61,273 bases of DNA. Source: a virus (taxonomy: Duplodnaviria; Caudoviricetes). The notes under the pieces are model-generated. The model made no database searches. It had not been told where the DNA came from and saw only the letters and a program-made list of their open reading frames with translations. The stretch spans positions 1 through 61,273 of IMG/VR virus record IMGVR_UViG_3300033145_000471. One strand, given 5' to 3'. Within the stretch, counting starts at the first letter, position 1. Each line of letters opens with the position of its first letter. Positions 17,111 through 27,671 of this stretch are shown here, piece after piece. A program made the position numbers and the translations under genes.

Positions 17111-20025
17111 TGTCCAAGACCCTAACGACAAACGCATCATCGTACTACCTCAAAACCGGCGTGGCCGTGCGCCTGTTCGTGCACATCCCGACCGCCAATC
17201 TGTTTCTCGGCACGCAGGCGGTGACAATCGGCAGTACGACCTACGCGGACAGCCTGAAAAACAACGGCACGATCACGCGGTCGATCAAACCGTTCGGCGG
17301 CATGGCGGAGGTCTCTGGCGTCGATATATCGAATCTGGAACTTGGCGAGGATATATCATTCTGCACCGAGGCAACGGGCGACAACGGCATAAACCCTACC
17401 GGCACAAAGATACATCCGGCAGGGGCAGGGCGCTTAATGTCAGGGGGTGAATCGGGCGACGACACCTATGCAACTGTAAGAGGTGAGGAGACAGCGGAAT
17501 TTTCGGAACACGCCATAACCGTCGGACAACGGTATTATGCGCATCCGTCGTTAGGGGACATCTATTACACCTACCGCGGTTGTATCCAGTACAAAATCCC
17601 GGATACCCTGACATCGTGCGAGGATGCGGCGTTATCGCTCTACGGTCTGAATGACAATTCCACGACGGACAGCGAGCTATACGTGATCGAAGGCAATTGG
17701 AGCAGTTGGGATGATGATAGTAAGTTCTCGGATTTCGACGGGCACGAAAGCGGCGCGACAGCCTATGACAGCGCCGAAGCGACCGGTTCGCCGGCAATGA
17801 ATGAGACCTGGCGGACAAATTCTTTCTCCACAAGCACGACGACGCCGAATTACATCCGGTTCAATCAGTACGGGCGCGAGCGAATCGTAGCGAACGCAGG
17901 CTCGACAATTAAACTGCTCATACTGTCGAAGCGCGATTTCGACGGCACGGAGCCGAGCGGCGATGAGTTTGTCAAATTCAGTGCCGACGCCCCGACGCTC
18001 GACCTCAGGTACAACACGTACACTCTGTATAATCAGGAAGCTATTATCTACCTTGCGTTCGCGGCGGCGGGGAATGATCTGTCGGGGCTGACGGCGGTAA
18101 CAGACATGCAGCGGCTCTGGACGGGGGTGATCGACGATTACAGCATTACCACGCGGACTCTGAATCTGAAATTGAAGCAAAATGATTTCAAGGAAAACCT
18201 TACTATCCCTCAAACAATATTTGATGATGGAGACTACCCGTATATACATGACAGCAGCATAGGGAAGCCTATACCCATAATTTACGGCGATTTCATGGGG
18301 ACGTTGCGCCACAAATCCGGCATCGGATATGCCTGTAAAGAGGGGACGAGCAATTATTTCGGTCTCGGGGATTACGTTAAGGTGTATGTGACCCGGAACA
18401 GCATTACGAGCGGCAGCGGCGACAAAATATCAGGTGTTATTGCCAATCATCTATTAAAAGAAATGGATCACGCCGGGTATCTGTGGGAATCGGCCATAAA
18501 CAGCTTTGTCGTTTTGACCGCTGATCTTACGGATGACTCCAGCGCAACGATAGCGGCGGCATATTTATCAAAGGGCAGTGATACATCGAAGTTTCCGTAT
18601 AGCATGACGGTTATCGACGGCCTCGCGTCGATTAATCCAGTTATATGTAAAATACCCGGCGATGTCACAAATGCCTATATGACCAATCCGCTCTATGTAA
18701 TTGATAGCAACGCGAGCAATGAAACGACATTACAGAAAACCGGTTCATGGCTCAGCCAGGGCGATTTCTATTTCGGCCAAGATTGGGGCGTTTCTAGTTT
18801 AATCACCGGATATTGGGTCGTTTGTCAATGCCGAGCGGATAGCTATGATGCGAGTGCCAGCGGCTTTTCAACAACAGTGGACGCCGAAGTAAAAACATAT
18901 TTCACCATTGATGGGCAAGTGTATTATGAGGGCGCGGCCGCAATTGATGTAAAAGAAATTTTAGTTTATTTTGCATCGACAAACACCGACACAGTCTACA
19001 TCAAAAACCTCGGCTTGTGGCGCGGCTATAAGCGCGAAATTGCCGATGCTTACTATATTCGATGCAAAGGTCGCCCTGACGACGCATCGGGCACTATCAC
19101 CGGTTCCGCGTCATCCCTCATTGAGAATCCTTCCCATGTCATTGAATCCATCGCCCGCGATGAAATGAGCATGACGGATTCGGAGATCGACACGGCGGCA
19201 TTCGACACGCTGGCAACCGATCTGTCGGGCTGGAAATATGCGTTCCAGCTTTTGGAGCGCAAGGGAACGCGGGAAATTATCGGCGGTCTGGCGGAACAGG
19301 GCAGGACAAAAGCCTATTGGGACGAATCGAATCTGTTGACCGCGCAGGCGTTCGACAAGAACGACGCTTTCCCTAATGCCGCATCGGCTACCCCTGACGT
19401 ACCCGGCAACCTCGACATATTCGACGAGGACGCCTCACCCACCAGCGGCGCATTCACGACGCATCCGATCCTGTCGCCGGAATTCTCGGACGGTGGTGTC
19501 GAAGATTTTGAGATGCACAAAATGGGGATGGACGAGGTCAAGAATGATTTCGTACTCCACTACAAGAAAAACTATGCGACCGGCGAATTTGAGGAAACGC
19601 TGTATATCACCAACGGCAGCGGTGCGGAAGCCAGTGTCGAGACGAACATCAACGCCTCGTATCTTGAAAACAACCAGGACTTGACCAAAACGGGTAACCT
19701 GAAACAACTGTGTGCCGACAGCTATAACGAGATCGGTACGACGAATACGTGGGAGTACGACGCATGGGCGATCCGCGACGAAGCCACGGCGACGAAGCTC
19801 TTACAGCATTACGTCGAACGGCTGACAAAGAATCGCTGGATATGCCGGTTTACATCCGGCCTGAACGCTCTTGCCGTCGAACTCGGCGATTTCGTCAACG
19901 TCCGCCATGACCGCATACAGGACATATTCGGCACGCCGACGATGAACGTCAAGGCCTGGGAAGTGATACGAGTTGAACATGACCTGAATTCGCACAACAT
20001 AACCTTTGAAGTCATAGAGGTATAA
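17110..20025 (+). CDS. Tail tip / baseplate hub protein
   Basis: GKPIPIIYG, ENPSHVI, VELGDFVNV hub motifs; 971 aa. Confidence 0.75.
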   Translation: MSKTLTTNASSYYLKTGVAVRLFVHIPTANLFLGTQAVTIGSTTYADSLKNNGTITRSIKPFGGMAEVSGVDISNLELGEDISFCTEATGDNGINPTGTKIHPAGAGRLMSGGESGDDTYATVRGEETAEFSEHAITVGQRYYAHPSLGDIYYTYRGCIQYKIPDTLTSCEDAALSLYGLNDNSTTDSELYVIEGNWSSWDDDSKFSDFDGHESGATAYDSAEATGSPAMNETWRTNSFSTSTTTPNYIRFNQYGRERIVANAGSTIKLLILSKRDFDGTEPSGDEFVKFSADAPTLDLRYNTYTLYNQEAIIYLAFAAAGNDLSGLTAVTDMQRLWTGVIDDYSITTRTLNLKLKQNDFKENLTIPQTIFDDGDYPYIHDSSIGKPIPIIYGDFMGTLRHKSGIGYACKEGTSNYFGLGDYVKVYVTRNSITSGSGDKISGVIANHLLKEMDHAGYLWESAINSFVVLTADLTDDSSATIAAAYLSKGSDTSKFPYSMTVIDGLASINPVICKIPGDVTNAYMTNPLYVIDSNASNETTLQKTGSWLSQGDFYFGQDWGVSSLITGYWVVCQCRADSYDASASGFSTTVDAEVKTYFTIDGQVYYEGAAAIDVKEILVYFASTNTDTVYIKNLGLWRGYKREIADAYYIRCKGRPDDASGTITGSASSLIENPSHVIESIARDEMSMTDSEIDTAAFDTLATDLSGWKYAFQLLERKGTREIIGGLAEQGRTKAYWDESNLLTAQAFDKNDAFPNAASATPDVPGNLDIFDEDASPTSGAFTTHPILSPEFSDGGVEDFEMHKMGMDEVKNDFVLHYKKNYATGEFEETLYITNGSGAEASVETNINASYLENNQDLTKTGNLKQLCADSYNEIGTTNTWEYDAWAIRDEATATKLLQHYVERLTKNRWICRFTSGLNALAVELGDFVNVRHDRIQDIFGTPTMNVKAWEVIRVEHDLNSHNITFEVIEV

Positions 20026-20028
20026 CTT

Positions 20029-21882
20029 ATGCCACCGATCACCCGCGAAGACACGTCTTTCGGCCCTGGTGGTTACGGAGCCGGCTTGGCGGCAGTGCCA
20101 GGTGTGCCGACGCATTCGACAAGCGAGCAATTTAACATAGTTACCGGCACGAACGACGTGTTGAAACTCTCGTATGACGGCGGCGCGGTTACCGACGTGA
20201 CTCTTTCGCAGAATGTCTATACCTACACCGCCCTGGCGACGGAAATACAGACGCAGTGCGATTCGGCCTTGGGTTGCACCAGTACGGTAACCCATTCGAG
20301 CACGACCGGACTAAATGACGCGAAGTTCACGATTGACGTTGGTTCCGGGCATACCGTAGCACTGACATACACCGGCAGCACGGCGGCGGTAACGCTCGGT
20401 TTCGAGGGTGACAAGTCGGCGGCACAGTCGATAACGAGCGACCGCTACGTCCACGGTGCGGGCACAATTACCTTCACCATCGCGGCGAACGGCAATGACG
20501 ACACGACCGAGATGGCGATCTACTGTATCACGAACAGCAAATACGTGAGCGCTGATGGTGACGCCGATGAAGCGAGCGAGATATGGCAGGACTTTGCCGA
20601 CTGGGACAACGGCGGCGCGAACGGAACGGTGACGATAATCAGCGCGAGCGGCAGCGCGCTTGTGGACTTCACCGGCTACACTTTCAAGGTCAAGGCTCGG
20701 AACGCGGATAATACCGAGACGGCTTTCTCGGCGGACTCCGCGAGCATGACCACCATGCCGTACATTGATTACGGCTCTATTTCGGCGCCACTGGATCGCG
20801 AGGTCACAACCGGCAACACAAAGGTCATGAGCGGCACTGACCTGCCGGCCGTCGCTGATTCCACCGACTCCTACGGTGCGGTGAAAATCACGCTGAAGCT
20901 GCAGAACAATACGAGCACCACAAGCCGCGTGGCATTGGAATTTTCCGAGGACGGCGGAACAAGTTACAGTTCGGCGACGGACATGTTCACGATTACCAGC
21001 GCGAACGACGTATTGAACTTTGAGAGCGACCAGGGCGGCCCGGTTGACATAGATGTGGTGGATGGGACGTATGATGACGGTGACGCAATGGCGACCGCCC
21101 TCCAAACAGCCTTGAATGCCAACACTACCTTGACGGGATCAGGTACAATCACGTTCGCGGTCACCTGGAGTTCATCGACAACGAAATACACTATCGACGC
21201 TGGTGCGGGCCATTGGGTCAATTACAATCACTTCGCGACGAATGTTGACGGCGGCTACACGTTCGGTTTCACGGCGTCGCATACCGGTAACGACCGCACG
21301 ATCACGACAGACGAGGCCCGCGGCGACTCCCCGAGGGTGCTGTCTACAAGCGCGGCGGGAACGTCACACGACGTGTACTGGAACTCCTATATCGACGCCG
21401 GTGAATCGGAATTAAAAGAAAGTCTTGCCCGGGTCCAATTCACGCCATACGACGCCAGCCCATCAGGCGGCGATGCGGGCACGGCGGTTGCGACGGCGGT
21501 ATTCACGCTCGATAACCGCCCGCAGCAGATAACACTGTCGGCGACGGACAACTATTCGTGGGACAAGGACGACACGCCGACGATAGAGGGCGTCATGAGG
21601 TCGTTGCGCGGCGGCAGCCGGGGATTTTTCCGTATCAAATTCTACGATTCCACCGACGATTCGCTGGTGCTGTTGCGGCTGAGTGCCACGGTTCAGGCCG
21701 GATGGGAGTATGAGCAGACGAGCGGCGGCGGGTATACGGCTGTACCGGCGGGCGGCGTCGATCCGCAGTATATCGGCAACAGCCAAAAGGTTCGATACAC
21801 CGTACAGGCAAGCGACGCCCTGACGCAGGGCAAAACTTACAACATCTATATCGAGCAGGGCGAGTACCGGGATAGGGAATAA
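20029..21882 (+). CDS. Tail protein with two internal repeats and an FN3-like segment
   Basis: Repeated F.I...NDVL...G.Y...A..Q module; YTFKVKARN. Confidence 0.65.
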   Translation: MPPITREDTSFGPGGYGAGLAAVPGVPTHSTSEQFNIVTGTNDVLKLSYDGGAVTDVTLSQNVYTYTALATEIQTQCDSALGCTSTVTHSSTTGLNDAKFTIDVGSGHTVALTYTGSTAAVTLGFEGDKSAAQSITSDRYVHGAGTITFTIAANGNDDTTEMAIYCITNSKYVSADGDADEASEIWQDFADWDNGGANGTVTIISASGSALVDFTGYTFKVKARNADNTETAFSADSASMTTMPYIDYGSISAPLDREVTTGNTKVMSGTDLPAVADSTDSYGAVKITLKLQNNTSTTSRVALEFSEDGGTSYSSATDMFTITSANDVLNFESDQGGPVDIDVVDGTYDDGDAMATALQTALNANTTLTGSGTITFAVTWSSSTTKYTIDAGAGHWVNYNHFATNVDGGYTFGFTASHTGNDRTITTDEARGDSPRVLSTSAAGTSHDVYWNSYIDAGESELKESLARVQFTPYDASPSGGDAGTAVATAVFTLDNRPQQITLSATDNYSWDKDDTPTIEGVMRSLRGGSRGFFRIKFYDSTDDSLVLLRLSATVQAGWEYEQTSGGGYTAVPAGGVDPQYIGNSQKVRYTVQASDALTQGKTYNIYIEQGEYRDRE

Positions 21883-21901
21883 TAGTATTTTGACAACATA
21901 A

Positions 21902-21981
21902 CCGTACGGGCTGATCACTCGGACGGATTACAGCGGACGGCTGGTAGGGGCCTACCCCCTTACTATGTCGTCCGCTTTTTG
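21902..21981 (+). terminator. Hairpin plus long intrinsic terminator (possible attenuator)
   Basis: CCGT-CGGG-CTGATCA-CTCG-ACGG hairpin, then AGCGGACGGC...GTCGTCCGCT-TTTT. Confidence 0.65.
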
Positions 21982-21995
21982 TTTGGAGGCTCACG

Positions 21996-22115
21996 ATGGG
22001 GAATTGGGTTTGTCGGCATTGGAAACAGATAATCGCTTTTGAAATCGCCCTCATGGTCATCGCCGTCATTTACGGCATCGTGACGGGCGGATTCGCGGAA
22101 ACGGGGTATTACTGA
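21996..22115 (+). CDS. Small single-TM protein (39 aa, not in the ORF track)
   Basis: GGAGG RBS; MGNWVCRHWKQIIAFEIALMVIAVIYGIVTGGFAETGYY. Confidence 0.55.
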   Translation: MGNWVCRHWKQIIAFEIALMVIAVIYGIVTGGFAETGYY

Positions 22116-22116
22116 G

Positions 22117-25100
22117 ATGGCTGAAAACTGGAAAAAACTGCTGGCGGCGGGCGGGATCGTTGCGATAGTAGGGTCAATGACGCTGATTGATACCGAGAAG
22201 GATATGCCGACATTAAACCAGCCTGTCAAGACTGTGTATCTGTCGAAGAAGGCAAGAGAGCAGCTCATTAAAGAGCAAGCGAAAATCGTCGCTGTCGGGC
22301 AGGAGTTGACAGCAGGGCGGACGGCGGATACGAAGGTGCGGAAAGGTGCGAATGGGCAATTTATTGCCGAAGTTTATGCTGGGCGGGTTCACTGGTTCGA
22401 CAAGGAAGATTCTATTTATCGTGACTTTGATTTGTCAGAACATGAAGTATTGACATTGGCGAAGCTGAACCCGTTTCGCGAGTTCGACAAATATGTCGAG
22501 ATTGGCGATGCCGCAATGACGTGGAAAGAGGGTAAACGTCACGATTACAGTTTCCGCACGTCTGATGACCATTACGTAACGTGGAAGGCACTATTCGACC
22601 CGGCGAAAGCGAATGTGACAATCAAAACGCGGGCGCGGAAAAGCGGCGTCAAGCAGGATGTGATACTTGCTGACTCGACATCTGCGACAGAATTCCGCTG
22701 GCTGGTAGAATCCGATTGTGATATGAATTTCGATGGCGGTGAATTGATTTTCCGCGCTGATGGGAAGTTTATTGCACGGTCTCCGCCGATGACCGCATGG
22801 GATGCTAACAGGGCTGATGTGCCGGTTAAGATGACTATGCAGGGCGATACGCTGACTACGAAATTGACGATACCAGATCGAGCATTATGGCCAGTAACGC
22901 TTGATCCAAGCACTACTATTGACGCTGGTCTTCAGGGTGCTGTCAGAGAAAATGATGCTACATATGCTAACGCAAGAACAGCGACATCTGGTGACGGTAC
23001 AATACATACATATCCGAGAGTTGAACATGTATTAGATGAGAATTACTATATTTATCGCGGTTTTCTAACTTTTGATTTAAGCGGAATAGACAATAACGCA
23101 ATAGCAATTGCATGTAGTCTTATAATGGATGGCAACATTGATTTAACAACATCTGATTATAATATATTTATCCTTCAAGCAACACATTCGGTTATTGATG
23201 TTAATACGTTTAATGATTTTACGGGATGGGATGCTGGCGGTAATTTTTCTAATGTAATAAAATATAATGATGGATGGAATACGGTTAATTATTCAAACAA
23301 TAATAATTATCTTCCATTTAACAGCACTGGTATTGCCAATTTGGAATCAGAGTTTGGTTCAAGTGATTTTGATATTGCGTTGCTGAGTGAAAATGATATT
23401 GACGGGAATGTTCCATCTGGCGCACATGAAAACGCAACTCAATTTAGTAGTAGCCCTGCTCCCTATTTAACTGTTTGGTATACTGTTCCTGATGTCAATG
23501 ACCCCTCTCTAATGGTAATGCGAGCACCATCTGATCCCGATTCGACCGGTTACCTTTACGGCTCATGGGAAAACAATCATTCTGCAGGCATAGATTCATT
23601 AACCATATGGGATACAGCAGATAATTGGGTCAAGAAACTTGGCGCGGTAACGGATACTACGACTATATTAACAGGATTAGGATTGAATGAGCGCATCGGA
23701 TATTATGTCAGAGCGGATTCAGCAGCCTACAGTGGTCAATCCGGTCCAGATTCAGTATATACTCTTGCTGCATCTCCTGCTGCATTCGCTTTTGCAGCTA
23801 CTGATACAAACAAAGTTAGTATCAGCTTCAGCGCGAATGGTAATCCCGATTCAGTCCTCTACGCAATTCGTGACAGCACTCGACAGGCATGGGTGACTAT
23901 CGACGGTGACACAACGACAGTTGCCGCTGACTGGCGTACAAGAGCGGCATGGCTTCCTGTAGAGATAACAGACCTCTCTCCTGAAACCGAGTATGAGTTT
24001 GGCGTGGTTGGCAAAAATGATGATGGAGTACAAACCGACTACTTGTGGGGGGTGATCACAACTGATTTTGCAATTCGTGATTTCAATTTAACAGTGGTAT
24101 CCGCCACGTCCATCAACGCAACGTGGGATTTCGACGCCACGCCGGATAGCATCATCATTCGGCAATATGTCGATGATGTGCCGGTCGGGTCGTATATCAG
24201 TCCTGCTACATCTGAGTCCACGACTGTCAACGATCTCACGCCAAACACTCTCTACTCATGGTACCTTTATGGCAAGGCTGGTGATGCTGAAGGTACATCT
24301 GATGCGGATTCGACGTATACTCTTGCCATTGTACCTATAGCTGATAGTATTGCTATACCATCATCCGGCGATACGTCATTCGATTTTCATTTCAACACAG
24401 GTGATAATTCTGCATCGACTGACCTTGCAATAGCCGTTTACAAACAGGATGTGGACAGCTTGTATTACTGGGACGGGGCAGCGCTCAAGACCACGGAGAC
24501 CTGGCAGGATTCGGCGACCTGGGGCAACCCGATCACCATCGACGATCAAATCGCGGTTGACAAGACCTATGCGGTCGGCATCAAGGCGCGGAACGGTGAC
24601 AATGTTGAAACGGCTTTCGACTGGGCGTGGGTGAGGACGTTCGAGTTGACAATAACGAATGTGCTCGGCGCAAGAAATGTAAAGAGCTTTAATGGGAGGC
24701 CAAATACTAATATACGAACATCATATTCACTTATGCGCGACGAAACAAATCCAGATAGCATTCGTATTGATTCTGATAATTCAATTGGGCAGACATATAA
24801 TGCTGGCGGGCCGACGTATGAGGTATGGCGCTTATACCATGAGTTTATAATACCGTCTACACCTAATAATGATACTGCCGTTCTTAATCTATACGGTAAT
24901 AACGATCAATCAGATGCATATGATTTTAATATACAGATATTTGAATCAACTTGGACACCTGCAAATAATGCAAAGGATAAATATTGGCGGTTTGATGGAC
25001 GACAAGCTGCCGCCGCGCACAATGGTACGAGTCTGGGCGAGGTATTCAATACATCAGGTTTCAATGCTGCTGGTGATAATCTTATTCCATTTAATTCTGA

Positions 25101-25845
25101 CGGATTGACAACCGTGAATGCAGCCATAGGAGATACATTAAGGCTTATTGCAATTAGCTCTAAGGATTCTACTAATACGGCCCCGGATTCCGATGGCGGG
25201 GATGAAGATGAATATGTAGACATTGATGATGCAAAAGTGAATTTGACCCTCACTTACGAAGAGTCGGAGGCCTTGCCATCATCATTCGCCATGATGGCCT
25301 TATCCTCGACGGAAATAGCAATCACGTGGGACGACTCCCTCGAATCCAACTGGGGATACCGTGCCGTCGATGCGTCCAGCGGAACGATTGTCGCCGGGTC
25401 GGACACACTGACGGCGAATGCGGAAGCGGATACAATCACCGGACTTGCCGTGAACACGAAATACGACTGGAAAATCGAGGTTCTCGGGGGTACTCTTGAC
25501 GGCCAATATTCAGCCGCCGATTCGGCCTATACTCTCGCTGCCGCACCGTCCACAGTGCCGGTACTGGTGTTCTCAGCCCTGGGTGATACAGCGAAAATTG
25601 CGGCCGCGGCAGGCAGCCTGGGAACCGGCAACCCATCCTATACGGAGATAGCCCTGCAGGACAGCATCACGGGCTATTACGTCGATTTCTCCGCCGATCC
25701 AGATACCCTGTTTGCAGTTGCCGATTCGCTCGCGGCATGGGGTTGGCGTGACCTTGCGGAATTAGCAGACACGATAAGAGTTTACATATACAATCAAATG
25801 GGCAGACAATTTGCCTTGCGGTTCAAGGCGAGAAGCGGAGAATAA
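22117..25845 (+). CDS. Large adhesin / receptor-binding-like protein with FN3 repeats and two DNRLRE-like modules
   Basis: LSPETEYEF, LTPNTLY, LAVNTKY FN3 motifs; YRGFLTFDLS module; N-terminal hydrophobic segment. Confidence 0.7.
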   Translation: MAENWKKLLAAGGIVAIVGSMTLIDTEKDMPTLNQPVKTVYLSKKAREQLIKEQAKIVAVGQELTAGRTADTKVRKGANGQFIAEVYAGRVHWFDKEDSIYRDFDLSEHEVLTLAKLNPFREFDKYVEIGDAAMTWKEGKRHDYSFRTSDDHYVTWKALFDPAKANVTIKTRARKSGVKQDVILADSTSATEFRWLVESDCDMNFDGGELIFRADGKFIARSPPMTAWDANRADVPVKMTMQGDTLTTKLTIPDRALWPVTLDPSTTIDAGLQGAVRENDATYANARTATSGDGTIHTYPRVEHVLDENYYIYRGFLTFDLSGIDNNAIAIACSLIMDGNIDLTTSDYNIFILQATHSVIDVNTFNDFTGWDAGGNFSNVIKYNDGWNTVNYSNNNNYLPFNSTGIANLESEFGSSDFDIALLSENDIDGNVPSGAHENATQFSSSPAPYLTVWYTVPDVNDPSLMVMRAPSDPDSTGYLYGSWENNHSAGIDSLTIWDTADNWVKKLGAVTDTTTILTGLGLNERIGYYVRADSAAYSGQSGPDSVYTLAASPAAFAFAATDTNKVSISFSANGNPDSVLYAIRDSTRQAWVTIDGDTTTVAADWRTRAAWLPVEITDLSPETEYEFGVVGKNDDGVQTDYLWGVITTDFAIRDFNLTVVSATSINATWDFDATPDSIIIRQYVDDVPVGSYISPATSESTTVNDLTPNTLYSWYLYGKAGDAEGTSDADSTYTLAIVPIADSIAIPSSGDTSFDFHFNTGDNSASTDLAIAVYKQDVDSLYYWDGAALKTTETWQDSATWGNPITIDDQIAVDKTYAVGIKARNGDNVETAFDWAWVRTFELTITNVLGARNVKSFNGRPNTNIRTSYSLMRDETNPDSIRIDSDNSIGQTYNAGGPTYEVWRLYHEFIIPSTPNNDTAVLNLYGNNDQSDAYDFNIQIFESTWTPANNAKDKYWRFDGRQAAAAHNGTSLGEVFNTSGFNAAGDNLIPFNSDGLTTVNAAIGDTLRLIAISSKDSTNTAPDSDGGDEDEYVDIDDAKVNLTLTYEESEALPSSFAMMALSSTEIAITWDDSLESNWGYRAVDASSGTIVAGSDTLTANAEADTITGLAVNTKYDWKIEVLGGTLDGQYSAADSAYTLAAAPSTVPVLVFSALGDTAKIAAAAGSLGTGNPSYTEIALQDSITGYYVDFSADPDTLFAVADSLAAWGWRDLAELADTIRVYIYNQMGRQFALRFKARSGE

Positions 25846-25888
25846 ACATAATGAAAAAACATACATATGACGCTGGCGGGGGTATAAC

Positions 25889-26101
25889 GTGAGCGGTGAC
25901 AATTACACCAAACGGGAACTTGACATGTGCTTCGAGAAAATCTATGAAAAGCTCGACGCAATCCATGAGCAGACCGTCACGACGAACGGGCGCGTGACGT
26001 CGCTGGAGAAATGGCGCTGGATCACCACCGGCGGGCTGTCTGTACTTTCGATGATAGTGCTGCCGATTGCGCTTTGGGTGATTACTCATTGGCCGTACTA
26101 A
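25889..26101 (+). CDS. Small membrane protein, holin/XhlA-like
   Basis: KLDAI...NGRVTSLEKW followed by one TM; precedes the amidase. Confidence 0.6.
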   Translation: MSGDNYTKRELDMCFEKIYEKLDAIHEQTVTTNGRVTSLEKWRWITTGGLSVLSMIVLPIALWVITHWPY

Positions 26102-26119
26102 AGGGCTGAACGGATCGTC

Positions 26120-26773
26120 ATGAGACAACCGGTTGATATGTGGAATATTCTGCCGATGCGCACTGACCGGCAGCCGAATACACGGCGGCTGGCGGCTGTT
26201 CGGACAATCGTGGTGCATGCCATCAATGCCGAGGGATGGTCTCCGGAGCGGTTGAACGAACTCTGCACCGGCATCGGCGATGAGCTGGCGGAGAAACGTA
26301 GCGAGCCGACCTGCTCCTACCATGACTACATCCGGGGTGACGGCGCATGGTATCACATGGTGGATTATCATATCGCCGCATGGCATGCCGGGGCATGGAA
26401 CCGGCAGTCGATAGGCGTGGCGCTCGAATACCGGCCGTCGAGCGGAGCACCTCCCGCGCCTGCGATGATGGACAGCCTGCTCGATTACCTGGCGGTGGCC
26501 TGCCTGACGCTCGCCATATCGCCGCGAAACATCAGGGGGCACCGTGAGCTTAACGGAACCGGCTGGTATGTCACCCAGGCGGGTAAGCGTGTGCAACGTA
26601 AAACATGCCCCGGCATGCTGATCGACCTTGAACGGCTCCGCCATGATGTCATGGGGAGAATAGGGGAGCGGGCGGATGAAATACTTGCTCATAATAGCGG
26701 GCCTTTCCTTCGGGCTGATGCGCGGTCTGCGCGAGGGCATGGTGATGATACAGATGGGCGACCCGTTGTTTGA
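26120..26773 (+). CDS. N-acetylmuramoyl-L-alanine amidase (endolysin)
   Basis: IVVH, SYH, AWHAG..N..SIG, GHRE, KTCPG Amidase_2 motifs. Confidence 0.88.
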   Translation: MRQPVDMWNILPMRTDRQPNTRRLAAVRTIVVHAINAEGWSPERLNELCTGIGDELAEKRSEPTCSYHDYIRGDGAWYHMVDYHIAAWHAGAWNRQSIGVALEYRPSSGAPPAPAMMDSLLDYLAVACLTLAISPRNIRGHRELNGTGWYVTQAGKRVQRKTCPGMLIDLERLRHDVMGRIGERADEILAHNSGPFLRADARSARGHGDDTDGRPVV

Positions 26774-27116
26774 CGGGTTTGATCACCTGAAGGATGTGGG
26801 CGTCCGGTGTCACATGTGGTTCCGCTGGTATCACGCGCTTGACGTGGCGGTGTTCACCGCGTTTGCGGGGGCTGTGTGGCTACTGGCGACAGCATGGCCG
26901 GGCTGGCTGTGGTTTCTCGGTTGCTGCATCGCGGCATGGGAGACGACGGAGATCGGGTACACGGTCGGCAGGTACGGCCGGCCGGTGGACGACCATGAAC
27001 GAATCATAATGATTGACCTGTACGTCATCAATATCGACGGCGGCTGGATATGGGCGCTGCATGGATTCCGTGTCTTGCTCGCCACACTCTTACTCTATTA
27101 TGGAGGCGCAACATGA
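26676..27116 (+). CDS. Multi-pass membrane protein of the lysis region
   Basis: Several TM segments; GGGGAG RBS; stop overlaps the next start. Confidence 0.55.
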   Translation: MKYLLIIAGLSFGLMRGLREGMVMIQMGDPLFDGFDHLKDVGVRCHMWFRWYHALDVAVFTAFAGAVWLLATAWPGWLWFLGCCIAAWETTEIGYTVGRYGRPVDDHERIIMIDLYVINIDGGWIWALHGFRVLLATLLLYYGGAT

Positions 27117-27436
27117 AACGCAACTGGATTTTCGCTGTAGTCTTTCTGTCACTCCTGATCGTGACTGTCCCGGCCTACGCGGGTGTATTGGAAGCCGTCA
27201 AGGGCTGGTTCGGCTGGCAGGCGGCGGCGTACATTCTCACCGGCATCGTCGCCATCGGCGCTATCGGGAAATACACTGACGTCGGCTCGGTGGTATGTCT
27301 GAACATCGGCACTTTCTTCACGAACGTCGGCCTTGCTCTTGCGGACAGGAAAGTCACGAAGGAGGAACTTCTGCGGGCAAAGGCGGACTTCACGGCGATA
27401 ATCGCCACGGTCAAGGCGGCAAAGAAAAATGGCTGA
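27113..27436 (+). CDS. Membrane protein, possible holin
   Basis: Signal/TM segments, basic C-terminus, GGAGG RBS. Confidence 0.55.
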   Translation: MKRNWIFAVVFLSLLIVTVPAYAGVLEAVKGWFGWQAAAYILTGIVAIGAIGKYTDVGSVVCLNIGTFFTNVGLALADRKVTKEELLRAKADFTAIIATVKAAKKNG

Positions 27437-27671
27437 CGACGAGGAGAAAGAACAGGATACCCGCTCTTGGTGGCGCAAGAAAACAAACTGGGGTTTCGCG
27501 GCTCTGGCGGTCGCCGGTACTCTCGCCGCCATACCCGGTGCGCCTGTAATTGTCACTGTCGGCGCGGTATCGGTGACAACCGCTGTGGTCTCGACGGCAT
27601 TACAGTACATCGGCACGGCGCTCATGGGGTATGGGCTTGCCGACCGTGTAAAGAAAAGGACGGGACAATGA
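27429..27671 (+). CDS. Small membrane protein, possible holin
   Basis: WWRKKTNWG...GYGLADRV with two hydrophobic segments. Confidence 0.5.
   Translation: MADDEEKEQDTRSWWRKKTNWGFAALAVAGTLAAIPGAPVIVTVGAVSVTTAVVSTALQYIGTALMGYGLADRVKKRTGQ

Noticed and set aside
22117-25845. Diversity-generating retroelement target
   Set aside because: No reverse transcriptase, and no TR/VR pair with adenine-specific differences was seen
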